DNA from: Torpedo marmorata
Taxonomy: Eukaryota
Reading direction: 5' to 3'
Assembly: GCA_977017645.1 (NCBI GenBank)
Contig: OZ360223.1
Location: 180,172,001 to 180,236,000 of the forward strand
DNA: 64,000 nucleotides
The notes under the pieces were generated by a model. It saw only the letters and a program-made list of their open reading frames with translations, was not told the DNA's origin and ran no database searches. Of this stretch, positions 62,506-64,000 are shown piece by piece. The position numbers were made by a program, and so were the translations under genes. Numbering within the stretch: position 1 is the first letter of the stretch; each line of letters begins with the position of its first letter.

Positions 62506-64000
62506 TGTTACAAACTCAAACCAGCAACGACAGAAGACGCAATGCAAAAGGGGTAAAATTGAAATTTATATCTATTAAAGACAATTAAACATATAATTTC
62601 TTAACAATTAACCCCACTATAAAAATCTATAAACACTATTCTTATGTAAAGAATGTGTATGTCATAAAAATAAGTCAGTCCCAAAAATACAGTCCACAAA
62701 AATCACTCTCTATGTTCAGGGTCCAAATTCAGCTCTGTGCGCTGGCACGAAGGACTTCTTAATGAACGTTGGAGAGAGAGACAATGACTGTTTAAGCTTA
62801 CGAATGCTTGGCCTGCTTTACTTCCCTGATGACTTTGCCTTTTGGTAGGTGCACGAGGATAACGATTCCAAATAAGTATACCACTGATTGAGGCGTATAC
62901 TTGGATCTCACAGCATGTCTTGCTGATCACATGCCTGTTCTCCACGAAAGTTGCTTTATCTCAGGATTTTGATGATACAGGAGGCCGTGTGCTATTCTCC
63001 CAGTCTTTCTCACTGGAATGCAGAAGCCTGTTTCTGATGTTGTTATTTCAGCTTTTGCAACTCCAAACTGAATGCTTTTTGCAGAGGTTTGCACCTGCTT
63101 TTGCAAAAGTGCAACAAAGTATCTTTCCACAGCCTGTCTCTCTCTCTGTGTCTCTCTCTCTCTGTGAGCACAGCCAGTCCTGGCCAAGTTAACTCTTTCA
63201 TTACCTGGACTCAGTGTGTACTCCAAAAGATTTCATCCTTGTTGCTGACCGTCCGCAGTCCAAATGGTCAGTCATGGTCCATAACACCTCCCACCCACAA
63301 ATAAAGTTTTGGTCTGCAAGAACAAAATTTTGGAAATTTATTGAGGTGTAACAATATAAACAAAACCCACAATGTTCATCCACAAACACAAAAATATGAA
63401 CTATTTTCATTTATAAAGTTTAGCATCTAGAAAGACAATCAGCGATTACATTATCCTTCCCTTTTATATGTGTTATCATTAAATCATATTCTTGCAAAAT
63501 TAGACTCCAATTTAACAACCATTGATTCTTATTTTTCATTTTACAAAGAAAAACTAATGGATTATGGTCTGTACAGATATACACATCAAAGTGTTGTAGA
63601 GCCAACACAAGAGCTAACAACTCTTTTTCTATGGTTGAATAATTCCTTTGATGATCATTGAACTTCTTCGAGAAGTAGGATACCGGATGGTCAATGTCCT
63701 CTTCATTCTTCCTCTGCAACAGCACCGCACCCACTGCTTCATCACTGGCAATTACAGCTAAAGAAAATGGCTTTTCTAAATCAAGTGACTTAAGCACAGG
63801 TTGGTGGCATAAAATGACTTTCAATTTGACAAATGTGTCCTGATAACCTGTCAACCATACAAATTTTTCTCCATTTCTAAGCAAATTTGTGAGAGGGAAC
63901 TTCTGCAAAGTTTTTACAGAACTTGCGGTAAAGCCAATCATTCCCAGGAACCTCCTCAGAGTTTTCTTACCAGTTGGAACAGGGAACTCGGAAATAGTCA
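62506..64000 (-). mobile_element. Gypsy LTR retrotransposon 3' end (Gmr1-like order): RT-RNase H end, PPT, 3' LTR 62506-63286
   Basis: ORF 63420..63941 has ASDEAVGAVLLQ, HPVSYFSKKF, NYSTIEKELLA, TDHNPL, GKDNVIADCLSR*; PPT GGGTGGGAGG at 63287-63296; LTR TGTTAT...GTAACA. Confidence 0.9.

Overview
Vertebrate nuclear DNA, dominated by repeats. The repeat content (Rex1/Babar, CR1, L1, Penelope, V-SINE-like) suggests a cartilaginous fish (inference). The host scaffold is a tandem cytochrome P450 family 4 (CYP4B1/CYP4T-like) cluster on the + strand. The 3' half of one copy is a pseudogene: a 10-bp deletion in the EGHDTT motif, a stop in the PxRF motif, and an exon split by a ~20-kb nest of retroelements. 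Exon 1 of the next, apparently intact copy is at 61157-61330. The nest is an old L1 containing two truncated L1s and a BEL/Pao LTR element, which itself contains a full-length, nearly intact L1. The most unusual object is the BEL/Pao element (25826-36871, - strand). It keeps LTRs, TSD, PPT, gag and protease but has no RT, RNase H or integrase. Instead it carries intron-less segments resembling two host proteins: an SLTM/SAFB-like SAP domain fused to the gag N-terminus, and a MIPOL1-like coiled coil after the protease. Also present: Penelope elements with inverted ends and hammerhead-like motifs, a fold-back Tc1, solo LTRs and a Gmr1-type Gypsy end. All homology calls are by eye from remembered sequences; no searches were run.
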